From Octopus vulgaris (taxonomy: Eukaryota), in the NCBI GenBank assembly GCA_951406725.2, contig OX597815.1, positions 146,506,001 through 146,570,000 on the forward strand: 64,000 bases of DNA, in the 5' to 3' direction. Positions 10,790 through 23,712 of the stretch are shown here, piece by piece; position 1 is the first letter of the stretch, and each line of letters opens with the position of its first letter. The position numbers were made by a program, and so were the translations under genes. A model generated the notes under the pieces. That model worked only from the letters and a program-made list of their open reading frames with translations. It ran no database searches and was not told where the DNA came from.

Positions 10790-12837
10790 ATAGGTATATA
10801 TTTAGACAAAGACATTTACTAGTAATTCTTCAGGTCGAGAATTAATTAATAAATATACAAATAAATTTAGATATACATGACAGAAATGACGGAATGTACC
10901 TGTGAATTTGGAACTCTAAGTGACACTTTCAAGGGCAAGTCTGGTGTATCCATTTGTCTTTGTGTGTGTAATTGCTATGATGGAGAAATTATCCAATGTC
11001 TTATTTACGAAAAGTAATTAAATGATAATAGGTTTTTAGCCTATCTAGATAATTTTGTGAATCGGATGACAGTTACAAGAAAATCAGAATAGTTTAGTCC
11101 CTAACATTGGGTAGCTTAATAAAAGAGGGAGACAAGGGTCTGCTGGTAATAAACTGAACAAAGAAAGAAGTAGGAAAAAAATAAATGACGCCAGTCTAGC
11201 CAATAAGAGGAAAGTAAAAGAGGAAAGTATACAGACTAATAAACATTTCACCTCCTCTGGGAATATCCTTGCGATGATTAGTATACTTGATTTGGTGTTG
11301 AGGAAAAGAATTAAAATAAATAGAACAAGCAATACGCTTGTTAAATTTATATACAAGTACAATTGTCTCTTAATACAGACCAAGTTAGACAGTGTATTAC
11401 TTTATAAATATATATTGGTAGTTGTAACTGTATAATTACATCTGATTCTATATTCTCAGCTTTTTGAATACAAAGCCATATGTAGAATATATGGGACTAA
11501 CCAGAATAAGTGACTGAATATGACAGACAGAGTTGGACAGGGAGAGAGAGAGGTGGTTAAAGTGATACAAATTGATAAGATTGTTGTGGATACATCTCTG
11601 GAGAATGTTGAATTTGTTATTGTGGGCCTAGACAGTTTAACGGCAGAAAGTTGATGAGAGAAAATGGAGCAGAAAATAACGAGAATCATGGGTAATAGGG
11701 TGTGACGGGAAACAGGGTCGGGGTCGAATATTCGGTTATCTTAAAAGCGACTGGTGAGTTTAAATGGTGAGTTTGGCAAATGTACCCAAAACAAGATTGA
11801 TACATCCCATGGGTGCAAAATTATTTATAAGAAAATATTCAGCGAATTCTGTACATATAGCTACCGGCACTTCTATGTGAATCGAAGTTTATACTTATTG
11901 GTGAGTACTGATTGATATTCGATGATTATAAACTATTGATTCCTTGATTCCGAGTGATTTATTTTGACTATTGTTCAGTATGTGTTTATTAAACAGAAAC
12001 AGATGTAAATGGTTCTAGGCAACGTTCTAGGCAATGGTTCTAGAAATAGCCCAAGACGGAACAGATATTTTCACGAGGCATTTCCGACGTTGCCAAGTTT
12101 ATATATTTAAGAAATTACAGGGTAAATGTTTTTAAATTTTCTCCTGGTTTACTGAATTAACTTTTATTTGCAGTTGAAGCTTTGGCTGTTATTTCTAGTA
12201 GGTGAATGGCCTATTATGGCCGTTCCTTTATTGTTGATGTTGAACTTAAAAATGGTCTATGACTATTTTAATTTTTTCCTACTAGGCCGCTGGTGGCAAA
12301 AGAATCCTACAAAATTTTTTTTGCCACCCTATATTGATTAATTATGAATTTTCTGGTTAATTCCGTAATGGAATCGACGGCTTATATTTATTTGCTGCCG
12401 ATAAATTTGGCGCGAATGCGACGATTTGAAAATTTTAGGTCAGATATAAACTTGGCAACGTCGGAAATGCCTCGTGAAAATATCTGTTCCGTCTTGGGCT
12501 ATTTCTTACTGAGGAATCTGAGGGCCTGTGGAAGATTGGCTTGATTTAATTTAATCAGGTTAGTTTACCATTAATCAGCAGATGAAACGGTATATCGTAT
12601 AAGAAATTACAGGGTAAATGTTTTTAAATTTTCTCCTGGTTTACTGAATTAACTTTTATTTGCGGTTGAAGCTTTGGCTGTTATTTCTAGTAGGTGAATG
12701 GCCTATTATGGCCGTTCCTTTATTGTTGATGTTGAACTTAAAAATGGTCTATGACTATTTTAATTTTTTCCTACTAGGCCGCTGGTGGCAAAAGAATCCT
12801 ACAAAATTTTTTTTGCCACCCTATATTGATTAATTAT
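10790..12837 (+). mobile_element. Probable highly decayed or non-autonomous PLE with rearranged pseudo-LTR
   Basis: LIKEGDKGLLVI at 11116-11151 resembles the PLE RT motif IK.ADKG..VV. The 3' part has a 238-bp direct repeat and a 63-bp inversion. Family assignment is tentative. Confidence 0.35.
12042..12837. repeat. Compound repeat: 63-bp inversion (12042-12104/12444-12506) plus 238-bp direct repeat (12108-12345/12600-12837)
   Basis: Direct comparison. The direct copies differ at about one position (gcagtt/gcggtt). Confidence 0.95.
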
Positions 12838-13046
12838 ATATATATATATATATATGTATGAGTTGTGGGCGTCATAAGAATTTTATCATCTTTCCAGAAA
12901 ACGTGAAATTATCATGTGTTGTGGAATGAAGGATCTCGAAGCATGCCACATATAGTTACGAAAAAATAACATGCAAGTATTGATTTGTAACACCCAACTG
13001 GATGGAAAATGCTGAAGGTTGCCATGGAACACAAAATCATGAGACT

Positions 13047-13100
<54 letters not shown>

Positions 13101-13551
13101 TACAAACACACAAACACGCAACACCAACGCACACACAACCAGACACATGTGTAAAAGCCTATAAAGCATAGATTCAATGAATCTTGTGGTTATCACAGTA
13201 AGTTACTCTTAGAAATTTGCGAAACAGTCATAATCCCATGGAAGACACGTTGCTAAATAAATATATATTTACGTCTCATACCTACTGACGTGATGTTTTC
13301 ATACATACGAGCATATATATATATATATATATATACAGCATACATGCGTATGTGAGCGTAAGTATATCTGCATCTGTATGCATGATTTTATTTTTATTCA
13401 TATATGTGCGTTGTGTTTGGAAATATCTGTGTTTAAAGGAAGAGAGATAAACAAAGAAATATACTTGTGCTAAAATTGGATTTACATATTGGATTGGGGT
13501 TTCATTAAGTATTTTATATACATATATATATATACATATATATATATATAC

Positions 13552-13666
<115 letters not shown>

Positions 13667-13714
13667 CGAGAGAGAGATACACATATATATATATATGTGA
13701 ATCTCTCTCTCTCT

Positions 13715-13748
<34 letters not shown>

Positions 13749-14174
13749 TGGTGAAACACATTCACACACGCATACACAAACATATATCCCTTGATACGCA
13801 AATAAGTATGTGTATATGTGTGTGTGTATGTGGGTATGTTTATATGCACATTTGAACAAATGTGTAAAAAGAAATGCCTTACAAAATTTACAATAAAAAT
13901 TATTATGTTTGTCTTTATATATATGTATATATAGTGTTTCACTTCGCATTTGCCCAGAACGGTAAATGACTTTCCATGTGAATATAATTATAGTTTGATA
14001 GGAATTTAAAGAATTTTCTTCACTGATTGCGTTTATTTTGAATACAATGGAGCATTTTTTGTGATACCATCTTTATCTGATTTCCTTGGTTTTAACACAG
14101 CTCCATTGTGCATTTACAATTATATAAATAATGGTTCTTTGGATTTTTCCTAAATTGCAGGTGGCCTAACCAAT

Positions 14175-14248
<74 letters not shown>

Positions 14249-14744
14249 ATACATACATATATGAGTAAATAACTACCTTAGCTTCATTAACGCCTCAGAC
14301 GCCATATAACATTCTTCCATTGAGTTTTGGCAAGGTATGTACTCCATAATTAATAGATCTTATCTGTGCGTTTCAGATATTTTGCTTTTGTTTTTCTTTT
14401 ACTCGTTTTGATTCGAATATAAAATATTTCTTTTACACAATTTGATCATGCCGATTGGTATTGTTTGCCTATGTATAGCTAGTTTCTCTATTATTAAATT
14501 CCATAAAGAAACATTGTCTTCGTTGTATATTAAAGTCCATATTAAAAGAGGCAGTAGTACTAGTAATAGTTGCAATAGTAGTAATAATACTTGTCTTACT
14601 AGTAACTGTATTTATGTTAAACGTATTAAATCGCTAATAACTTCAACATCAGCAATAATAATAGCAACAACAACAGCATTATTTACAATAATGACAGCAA
14701 TAGAAACGACAGCAATAATGATAAAAATAACAAAAAATATTATA

Positions 14745-16185
14745 GAATTTTCATAATTTTGAATCACAGGTGTCAGATATGATCCCCAATGAAAATAACG
14801 AAAGAAAGCAGAGTAAGATGCTGTATCTTTGGTATCAATTCTATCATTATGTGGCCTGCAAAATATTGAGAGCGCATGAAACATTCCATCCCAAGACAGA
14901 CACTTATAGTTTGTACTTGTCAAGAAGAAAGGGTGGGGGAGTTATGATCAGTTGTTAGGGTCATGTAAAAGCAGAGGAGAACGGCTTAATGTGGTATGTA
15001 AAAATTGCCGTGGAACCATTATTGAAACATGTGAAGAAATCCGGCATCATCAGAACTGATAATTCTGTAAAGAAAAAAAAAATCAAAAGGGAAAAAACGA
15101 AGAAAAAATAAAGAGCACTGAAAGAAAACATGTACGGTGAGATTGCAAGATGTACGAAGACCGGTGGCTATGAAAGAGGAGTGATCTAAAGATAGAGACA
15201 GGAGCGCCTGTAGGCGCAGCACAAGAACAAGCGTTAAGGACTAACCATGTGAGGTGCAGAATTGAAAATACAAACGAGAGTGATGCATATAGAACGTGCA
15301 GTGCAAGGGGAGAAACTGTATGGCAATGTGTTAGCGAATGCCTGAAGTTGCCACAATGATAATACAAAAGACGACATGACAATGTGGCAAGAATGATCCA
15401 TAGAGAGGTTTCTGGAAATTACAGACTACAAAGAGCAAAGACTTGGTAAGACCAAATCCCAAAAGGAGTTACTGAGAATGAAGACTGCAAAATCCTGTGG
15501 GATGCAATGATTCATTGCTTCCATCAGAGCGGAAACGTGGCATCGTTAGGTTGGATAAACATCATAAAAAATCTTGCATGATAATCAACATAGCATGTCA
15601 CGATGATAACGGGATTGAAGAGAAAGAAGAAAAAAGTTAACTGCTATGACAATTTGAAGTGAGAGATATGCAGGTTTTGGGCAATGAAGAGAGTAGCAAT
15701 GATACCAATAATAATTGGCACGCTTGGAAATACCTATTTCTTTATTACCCACAAGGGGCTAAACATAGAGGGGACAAACAAGGACAGACAGAGGTATTAA
15801 GTCGATTACATCGATCCCAGTGCGTAACTGGTACTTAATTTATCGACCCCGAAAGGATGAAAGGCAAAGTTGACCTCGGCGGAATTTGAACTCACAACGT
15901 AACGACAAACGAAATACGGCTACGCATTTCGCCCGGCGTGCTAACGTTTCTGTCAGCACTCAGTTACCAGCATGGAAATACCAGCACTCAGCTACCAGCA
16001 TGGCAGAAGAAAATTGTTGCAAATATAAAGGTAGAAAACCTACAAAAATTATCATTGCTTGGAACTGCAAGTAATCTCCGCAGGGTTCTTGAAGCCAGAT
16101 CAATAAAGAAGAGTCACAATCTGCTGGCCATGGACAGCTGACACTTTCCATCATAACCAACAAAATATGCTGATTGTTTTAATCA
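14745..16185 (+). mobile_element. R4/Dong-type RLE non-LTR retrotransposon, 5'-truncated and decayed
   Basis: Frameshifted AFHPKTD..LYLSRRKGG, AAQEQALRTNH, ETVWQCVSEC (CCHC knuckle), YKRRHDNVARMIH, KILWD, IPIIIGTLG, LQKLSLLGTASNLRRVL. Ends in (AAT)n. Confidence 0.88.
15735..15957 (-). mobile_element. SINE family B nested in the Dong-like element
   Basis: Well-preserved TATCGACCCCGAAAGGATGAAAGGCAAAGTTGACCTCGGCGGAATTTGAACTC. It interrupts the RLE coding frame. Confidence 0.88.
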
Positions 16186-16238
<53 letters not shown>

Positions 16239-16303
16239 TGATGATGATGATGATGATGAAAATGATGAAGTTGATGATGATGATAATGATGATGATGATG
16301 ATG

Positions 16304-16341
<38 letters not shown>

Positions 16342-16354
16342 TATTATTATTATT

Positions 16355-16775
16355 ATAAAGATCTTGAAATAGAAATCAGCAAAATGTGGAAGCTGAAGAC
16401 TAAAACAATACCTGTTGTCATAGGTGCCCTGGGAATGATAGCAAAAGGGGCTGATAGCTACCTAACTCAGATACCAGGAAACCCAAAAATGGCAGAAGTT
16501 CAAAAGATAGTGCTCATGGGAACTGCTCATATTCTACGCAAAATACTCTCTATGTAATCTCAAGGTTTAAAACAAACATAATTTTCGGTTTAAAAAAACC
16601 CAAAAAAACCCCCTTTTTTTTTTAGACATTCATTAGTACAACATCCCCACCCCCCAAATATATGGCACACTAGGCATAACAACAACATGAACTTCCAACC
16701 CTGTGGTCTCTTGAGGTCTCTGGGTGAGACTTGGAGCCAACTTGTACAAATATAAAGCAAAAGTCAAACATAGAA
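16355..16775 (+). mobile_element. R4/Dong-type element, short 3' fragment (second subfamily)
   Basis: Open YKDLEIEISKMWKLKTKTIPVVIGALGMIAKG..EVQKIVLMGTAHILRKILSM* plus 3' UTR, with (AAT)n on both sides. Confidence 0.88.
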
Positions 16776-16791
16776 TAATAATAATAATAAT

Positions 16792-17303
16792 CTTAACTGA
16801 TTGGAAGTGTTATCATGTACATTGTTTTGTCTTGGTATAAAAGATGGGTTACAGCAAATATTCTGCTCAATACCACAGATTTGCTTGTCAGTTGTTTGAC
16901 CGTAACCAGTTGAGCATGTCCCTTAGTGGCTGACGATTTGTGCATCTCTGATCACGAGCAGAAGTAGTGGGGGAGCATCATAGCCATGTGTTGAGAGGGA
17001 TTCTTTGGGGTTTGAATAATTCACCTCTGGAAACATGGGTGGTTCTTTCAACATCCTTAAACAACTCTTATTCAGGGACCTTTTGAGCGGGATGGGCTAC
17101 TCAACCTGAAGAAAATTCTAACTGGGCCCCACCTACAAGGTCATGCGCTGTTTATCTTGATACGAGATCACCATGTCACGCACATATGGTTGTGATGCAT
17201 GTGCCTGGTGTACCCTTATCAGACGGGTAGTCATGATGGGTATATTGGGCTTCGTATATTTTACCCCAGTGTCACTTTGATGGCATGAACTGCTCTCTGA
17301 CTC
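16792..17303. mobile_element. Unclassified ~510-bp GC-richer insertion bounded by (AAT)n
   Basis: Sharp compositional boundaries with (AAT)n on both sides and no recognisable ORF. Confidence 0.5.
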
Positions 17304-17316
17304 AATAATAATAATG

Positions 17317-17380
<64 letters not shown>

Positions 17381-17421
17381 TAATAATAATAATAATAAGA
17401 CTTTGTTCCATCCAATACTAT

Positions 17422-17850
17422 ACTCTTTTATTCCTTTTCCTGTTTCAGTCATTTGGCTGCGGCCATGCTGGAACACCACCTTTAGTAGAACAAATCAATC
17501 CCTAGGCTTATTCTTTGTAAGATTAAGACTTATTCTATTGGTCTCTTTTGCCGAATCAGAAAGTTAAGAGGACACAAACACAAACATGCACACACACACA
17601 TATATACAGAAAACTTCTTTCCGTTTCCGTCTACCAAATCGACTCAGAAGTCTTTGGTCGGCCCGAGACTAAAGCAGAAAAGGTACTTGCCCAAGGTGCC
17701 ACGCATTGCACCTGAACCTGGAACCATGTTGTTGGGAGGTAAGCTTCTTACCACACATCTGCGCTGCACCTATAGTAGAAGGCAATTACCCAAAATGACA
17801 TGCAGTGAGTGTAAACACGGAAACATGTGATTAGGAAGCAAACTTCCCAT
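17422..17850 (-). mobile_element. SINE family A, diverged, with an extra head fragment
   Basis: TTTCAGTCATTTGGCTGCGGCCATGCTGG...CTTGCCCAAGGTGCCACGC..GAACCTGGAACCATG. Confidence 0.82.
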
Positions 17851-18297
17851 TTCTTAATCAAAATCGATGTGATTTGAACTAATATAAAAATAGAAACCTA
17901 TGTATTAAATCCCAATAAAGCTTATTTCTTAATATATTTGCTATTGCAGCAATTAATGCTGTTGAGAGCTGTGAAAGACAATTAAAAAAACCCCGCAAAA
18001 CGGAACATTATACCACTTATGAAATACTAATTAAGAAACACATAAATGACGGCCGTCCAGACACCGGTGTCTGATTCATTAAGTATGCAGTGTTACCTCA
18101 AGAGAAATGTTTATATGAAATACTAAATATCTGAAAGAAGACCTCATGGAATACCAGCATTAATCGAAGAAATTCATCCGAATGAATATCATAATCATTA
18201 GGTATTTCTCAACTAGATTTCATTCAATAGATATAACCAAGCAATTAAAGTAACGCATGCTGGTAGCTTTAAATGCAGCAATTAAAATCATGCAACA

Positions 18298-18298
18298 C

Positions 18299-18365
<67 letters not shown>

Positions 18366-18371
18366 GTAATA

Positions 18372-18420
<49 letters not shown>

Positions 18421-18432
18421 TAATAATAATAG
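18298..18432. repeat. (AAT)n microsatellite (others at 16187-16355, 17304-17398, 26193-26388, 34105-34253, 50458-50763, 52221-52437)
   Basis: Seen directly. Source of the poly-N/I/L ORFs. Confidence 0.98.
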
Positions 18433-18849
18433 TACATATTATAAACACCATTCAGTAGATAGAGCAAGGCTCAATGTATTAAATAAGGCAATGTATCGTC
18501 ATGCTGTCTATGGTTTGAGACATCTACATTGTATAATAAATATGCATGTAATACAAGATTTGTATAATCCTTTGGTAGCTTTTAGCGCAATGAAATCTAT
18601 TGCAATCATTCAGGCCAGACGTTACGTTTCAGTGTACCTCACTCTTTCACTTCATTTCACTGATCTTGGAAGGTCTGCAACTGGTCATGAGAAGACCATT
18701 TACATATTTCCCAAGATCTGTCGTATCACTGACTCCTACTCCTTAGTAAATGATACGATAGAAATTGCATTCACAAAATTAGTACAATGGGACGTAATCC
18801 GGTCTTCCGACTTAAATCCAAATACAGAAAAGGCAGAAGTAAAAGATTC

Positions 18850-19082
18850 AGTACTTTATGTATAATAAGGAATATATATATATATATTAATAAATAAAAT
18901 AAAACATATGCATATATAAAAACATATATGTACGTACCTACTTCTACATGTACATATACACGCATATATGAGTACAGGACACCAAAAAGACGTCGAACAC
19001 AATGAGAAACGAAAACATAGACACAAACCAAAGGAACTGGACATTTTTTTAAACAGGACAATTAACACAAAGAAAAAGCCCC

Positions 19083-19084
<2 letters not shown>
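18850..19084 (-). mobile_element. Internally deleted copy of the 9391-10305 element
   Basis: GAGTACAGGACACC..GACGT.GAAC.CAA.GAGAAACGAAAAC and CATATATGTACGTACCTACTTCTACATG match the reverse complements of about 9740-9785 and 10227-10267. Confidence 0.75.
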
Positions 19085-19179
<95 letters not shown>

Positions 19180-19339
19180 AATATATATATACATATATAC
19201 GTACACACAGACACACGCACACAGACACACACACACACATACACAAACACACACACACATATATATATATATATAGATAGGTAGATAGATGGCATTGCTC
19301 AAACAAAATCTCTATTTCGGTTCAGTTGGTGCTAAGCAA

Positions 19340-19620
19340 GTGATACGAGTAATGTGAGCTACAAGAACAACATCAGCATGCCCATTTTATGGGAGTATAG
19401 ATAGACAGATGTGGAATATTGACAAAGTAAGAAACGCTACACGAAAGTGAATTACTGTCAGGTATTTCTGCCATATTGAAATTGCCGGCCATAATGATCG
19501 CTACATCATGGCCATAATATGCAAAATATTTTACCGATACAGTACAAAATAGTTTCACGATGAAACAACGCAACGCTTTTCTTAGAGTACATGCACCCTG
19601 AACAACACATGTGAATAGCA
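19340..19620 (-). mobile_element. Possible APE-type endonuclease remnant (LINE or Helentron)
   Basis: VAIIMAGNFNM resembles the APE motif IIxGDFN. This is the only motif found. Confidence 0.3.
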
Positions 19621-21789
19621 ATAAAATAAAGATGTAAATGATTATTAAAATATAGAAAAGGATTCCATTTCAAAATACAGTGAATAAATAAATCTCGAAA
19701 ATCATCTATATGTAGAGACAGAGAAAACTTTTTGCGTGAAAGCCAGCGATAACTACAAAGCTACTGACAACATTTAGAAACGGAAAATCTGACATCAGCA
19801 TAAAGACAAAAATTGATCATAGCATTTCTGTCTGCCAATTCCAGATGAAAAATAACAATGACCTTATGTATGAACGCATAGGCAGCTATTTTAATAGTAC
19901 AAATGTTGTAAAAACTAAAACGTAGTGTAAAAATGTATTGCCTCCAGTATATGACACTGTAACATGGTTACGGTATATGGTAATATATGTAGTTGCTAAA
20001 AAAGGAAATCATAAGAAACTACCGAATTAATTAACCTTCAGCTAACCATCTATAGTTATCTAGAGTTATTTTCAGGCAGACCGCTTTGTACAGCAAGTAT
20101 AGTGTTTTGAGTGCTAGTCAACATTCTCGATGCGAAATGTCCGACCTCGTTCAACGCTCGACTGATTATAGCAGCTCGGTCAAGAAGACAAGCAACACGA
20201 AATGCGCCGATGTCAGTTCGTTCCTATTTTCGACGTTGCTGTCATCAAAAATGTATTTGTATATGTGAATTAGATGCAGAGCTTGTCAGTGCTTCATCTG
20301 GGACGGCAACTAGAGTTTATCTCGAGCTGATATTAGCAGCAAGTGGACTTCCTGCCCAGCGGAAACTTAAATGATAATATCTAATATAAGTAGAAAAATA
20401 CAAAGATTTGAAAGGGAGAGTTATATTTGGTTTGATCGACTACATATTCCACCAAATACTAGAAAAATGAAAGTTAAAGGTTACTTCATTAGGAATTGAA
20501 CTCACGCTACAAAAAGCCGTAATAAACTGCTGGATGATATTCTTTTTGATCATCATAGTGATTCTTCATCGTCTACCCCCTAATAATTATGCTGCATCGA
20601 TTCGTAATCGTTGCGCAATTTATGAAATAGCTATTATCGATCGAATCCACAGCTGTATACTGGAGGTATTTATTCAGGTTTTCATCTGAACTGAAAAGCA
20701 AAGAATTTCATATTCAAATTTGGGTTAAAATGTAAAGCCACATAATTATATGCCGCAGGAAATTTAGTTCGGCTCAAAAACACATCTGTGAGTCTTTTTT
20801 CTTAACCGCAAATTCAACAACAATGATGTTATTATTATCACTGTCATCATTACCACCATCACAACCACCACCATCTTAAACAACAACAACCCCCGTCATC
20901 ATTATCATTACTATTACTATGAATAATGTCCTTCTTTTTATAATTTGCCACAAGAGTAAGAGATGAGAGAACATTAAACTGCAACTCACAGTAAGCAGCT
21001 TTTACACAGAATCGATTGTAAAAATTAACAAAATGTATTGGTATGAAAAGACAGTGATAAAAAAGCAAATAAAATGATACTTCCGAGAGTGAAGAGCCAC
21101 ATGTTTACAATCAAAGGAGCCCATATGTTCAGATTGACCTCATACACAAGAGAAACAGTACTCTTGCAGCTTACAAACTACATTTCCATGATACCGTTCT
21201 CGTCTCTTATCTAATATGTATTAAATCTAGTGGTAGGCACAACCTATTTTTTTTATATCTCATACGATCCTCCTCAACACACACCTACTTTTGTGACACA
21301 CATCTTCCTCTCTTACGCACATCTTCATCAATCAACACCTCTAACCCACATCTTTGTCTCCAGCCAAAAGATTTATCTGCAACTATCAAAGTCATCTCAT
21401 ACATATAACTGCCCCTCCTATCCACGCCTTCTCTAATCTACAATGTTCCAACAGCCAAAGTTTTCTCTCTAACCTACATCTCCAACACACAAGATTTTTA
21501 TGTAGCTTGGACGAATAGAGAATAATGTTATCCGTTTCAAATTAAACAAAAATACAAACATTTTAGCCATGACCACAGGGTATAGGAAAACTGCCAGCAC
21601 TTCCCAGTCAAAGGAAGGCTCCGGCAATCTAGTTGATGGAAACAAATAACAATCGGGTTGGTGTTACAATAAGCAACAATTTTATAACTCTGTGTGTACA
21701 ATGTCTGGAATTTAAACATGTTGTACAGAACAGTTTCAACACTGTGCACATCTTTTGACATAAAACTGAATCAATATATTAATTTCAAA

Positions 21790-21992
21790 TGTTGGCACAA
21801 GACCAGCAAATTCGGGGGAAGGGGAAAGTCAATTACGTCGATCCCAGCACGCAACTGGTACCTATTTTATCGACTTTGAAATGAAGAAAAGCAAAGCCAA
21901 CCTCAGCGGAATTTGAACTCAGAATAAAGAAGGACGAAATGCTGCTAAGCAATTTCACCGAGGTACTGGTGATTCTATCAACTCACTGCCTT
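21790..21992 (-). mobile_element. SINE family B (further diverged copies at ~20395-20560, 32590-32722, 34570-34770, 36255-36440, 41745-41910, 53280-53655, 62860-63070)
   Basis: GGCACAAGACCAGCAAATT..AACTGGTACC..AAAGCAAAGCCAACCTCAGCGGAATTTGAACTCAGAA. Confidence 0.82.
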
Positions 21993-22917
21993 GTTGAATT
22001 GATTTATTAACATTATATTTTACCGAAAAAAGCATGTTCAGTGCAATGTCAACAGATCAATTAACTATTTAATTGATTAGTGAAAAGTGTTAGTGCATGG
22101 ACTTTTACGCGAATTGGACTTTAGCTCTATCTCAATTTTTATACATTATAAAAGGACAAAATCTACAAACATATTAGGAAGCCAGGAGACAAATATTACT
22201 TTAATGACAAAAGTTAAGCAAGCCTCAAGCTACATAGGATACTTTTTTTTGCCCACGGCAAAAGTAAGGTTAATTCTAAAAAAGAATGTTAAACTTTATA
22301 TTTAAAATTAAACACAAAGACTGTCGTGAAATTAATTATAAGATATACACCCTCATACTCTCACGCGCACATGCTTGTCTGTATGTGTGTTTTTAAGTGT
22401 GTTTCTACGTCCTTTGGGCCTGTATGGGATTGGTGAAGGAGAGAAAGATAGGGAAATGAAAACTAAAAAAGAAAAAAATATTTTCAAAATGCAAAACTTT
22501 CTTTGAATCTAATCATCAAACTCCTGTTTGCTTTGGCTTGTATTATGGATAATAGACGCTGGTCGGTATGAATTATAGGATGGACTGTTTTGCGTGCTCC
22601 TGCCAATCATTCCGACTGAATTGAAAAATCATTTCAATCTAAAAGGCATAGAATTCAAGATAAATTATTAGATTCGTCAATGAAGGACGGCAATGAAAGA
22701 GATAATTGCTGGAAGGGAAATAGAAAGAAAGAGTTTCTCATAAAGACGAAATATAAAGGAAAGGAATAAAAGGTGGAATATCAATCATGGGAAAATAAAA
22801 TGGCCACTGTAGAAGAACATGACTAATATATATTTTATATTTAATCAGGTTTTCTTTTTCAATAAGAAATTTAATACAACAGAATTTAATTTTGGAGAAG
22901 TTTTGAAATCTATCATG

Positions 22918-22997
<80 letters not shown>

Positions 22998-23385
22998 ATG
23001 TGCGTGTATGTGTATGTGTATGCATGTGTGTGTGTGTCTGGCAAGAAACGTCACGATAGTAAGTTATGAAAAGATTATACTCAAAAGTGTATTAATAATT
23101 TTGGCGAATGCTTCATATAGAAAAACACGAAACCACGATCTAACGATTTTGAAGTTAATAATGAAATGTATATGGGACGCTAAAATAAAGATATTTTAAT
23201 CTTTAGATCAAATAAAAGTATATGAAATATAGTTAAAATGATTAACAAAAAGTTGATAACGATATTGGTATATTGTTGTCACTCATAAGATTAAGCTGGT
23301 CATAGGCCATGAAAGTACTCAGCTGTGTGTGGTAATAAAATGGTTACTAAAATAGAAACGAATACATTATATATATAGTTTACTA

Positions 23386-23712
23386 GTGAGGGCGCGTGGC
23401 TTAGTGGTTAGGGCATTCGGCTCATGATCGTAAGGTTGTGAGTTCGATTCCCGGCGACGCGTTGTGTCCTTGAGCAAGACACTTTATTTCACGTTGCTCC
23501 AGTCCACTCAGCTGGCAAAAAGGAGTTGTACTGGTATTTCAAAGGGTCAGCCTTGTCACTCTCTGTGTCACGCTGATTATCCCCGAGAACTACGTTAAGG
23601 GTACACGTGTCTGTGGAATGCTCAGCCATTTGCACGTTAATTTCACGAGCAAGCTGTTCCGTTGATCGTATCAGCTGGGACCCTCGTCGTCGTAACCGGC
23701 GGAGTCTTTAAG
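23386..23712 (+). mobile_element. tRNA-derived CORE-like SINE, family C, full-length with 15-bp TSD
   Basis: A box GTGGCTTAGTGG, B box GTTCGATTCCC, CORE-like GTGTCCTTGAGCAAGACACTTT. TSD ATATATAGTTTACTA at 23371-23385 and 23713-23727. Confidence 0.92.

Noticed and set aside
23386-23460. tRNA gene (also 61650-61725 and 9824-9895)
   Set aside because: A and B boxes run directly into CORE-like SINE bodies, with a TSD at 23386. There is no complete cloverleaf or poly-T terminator.
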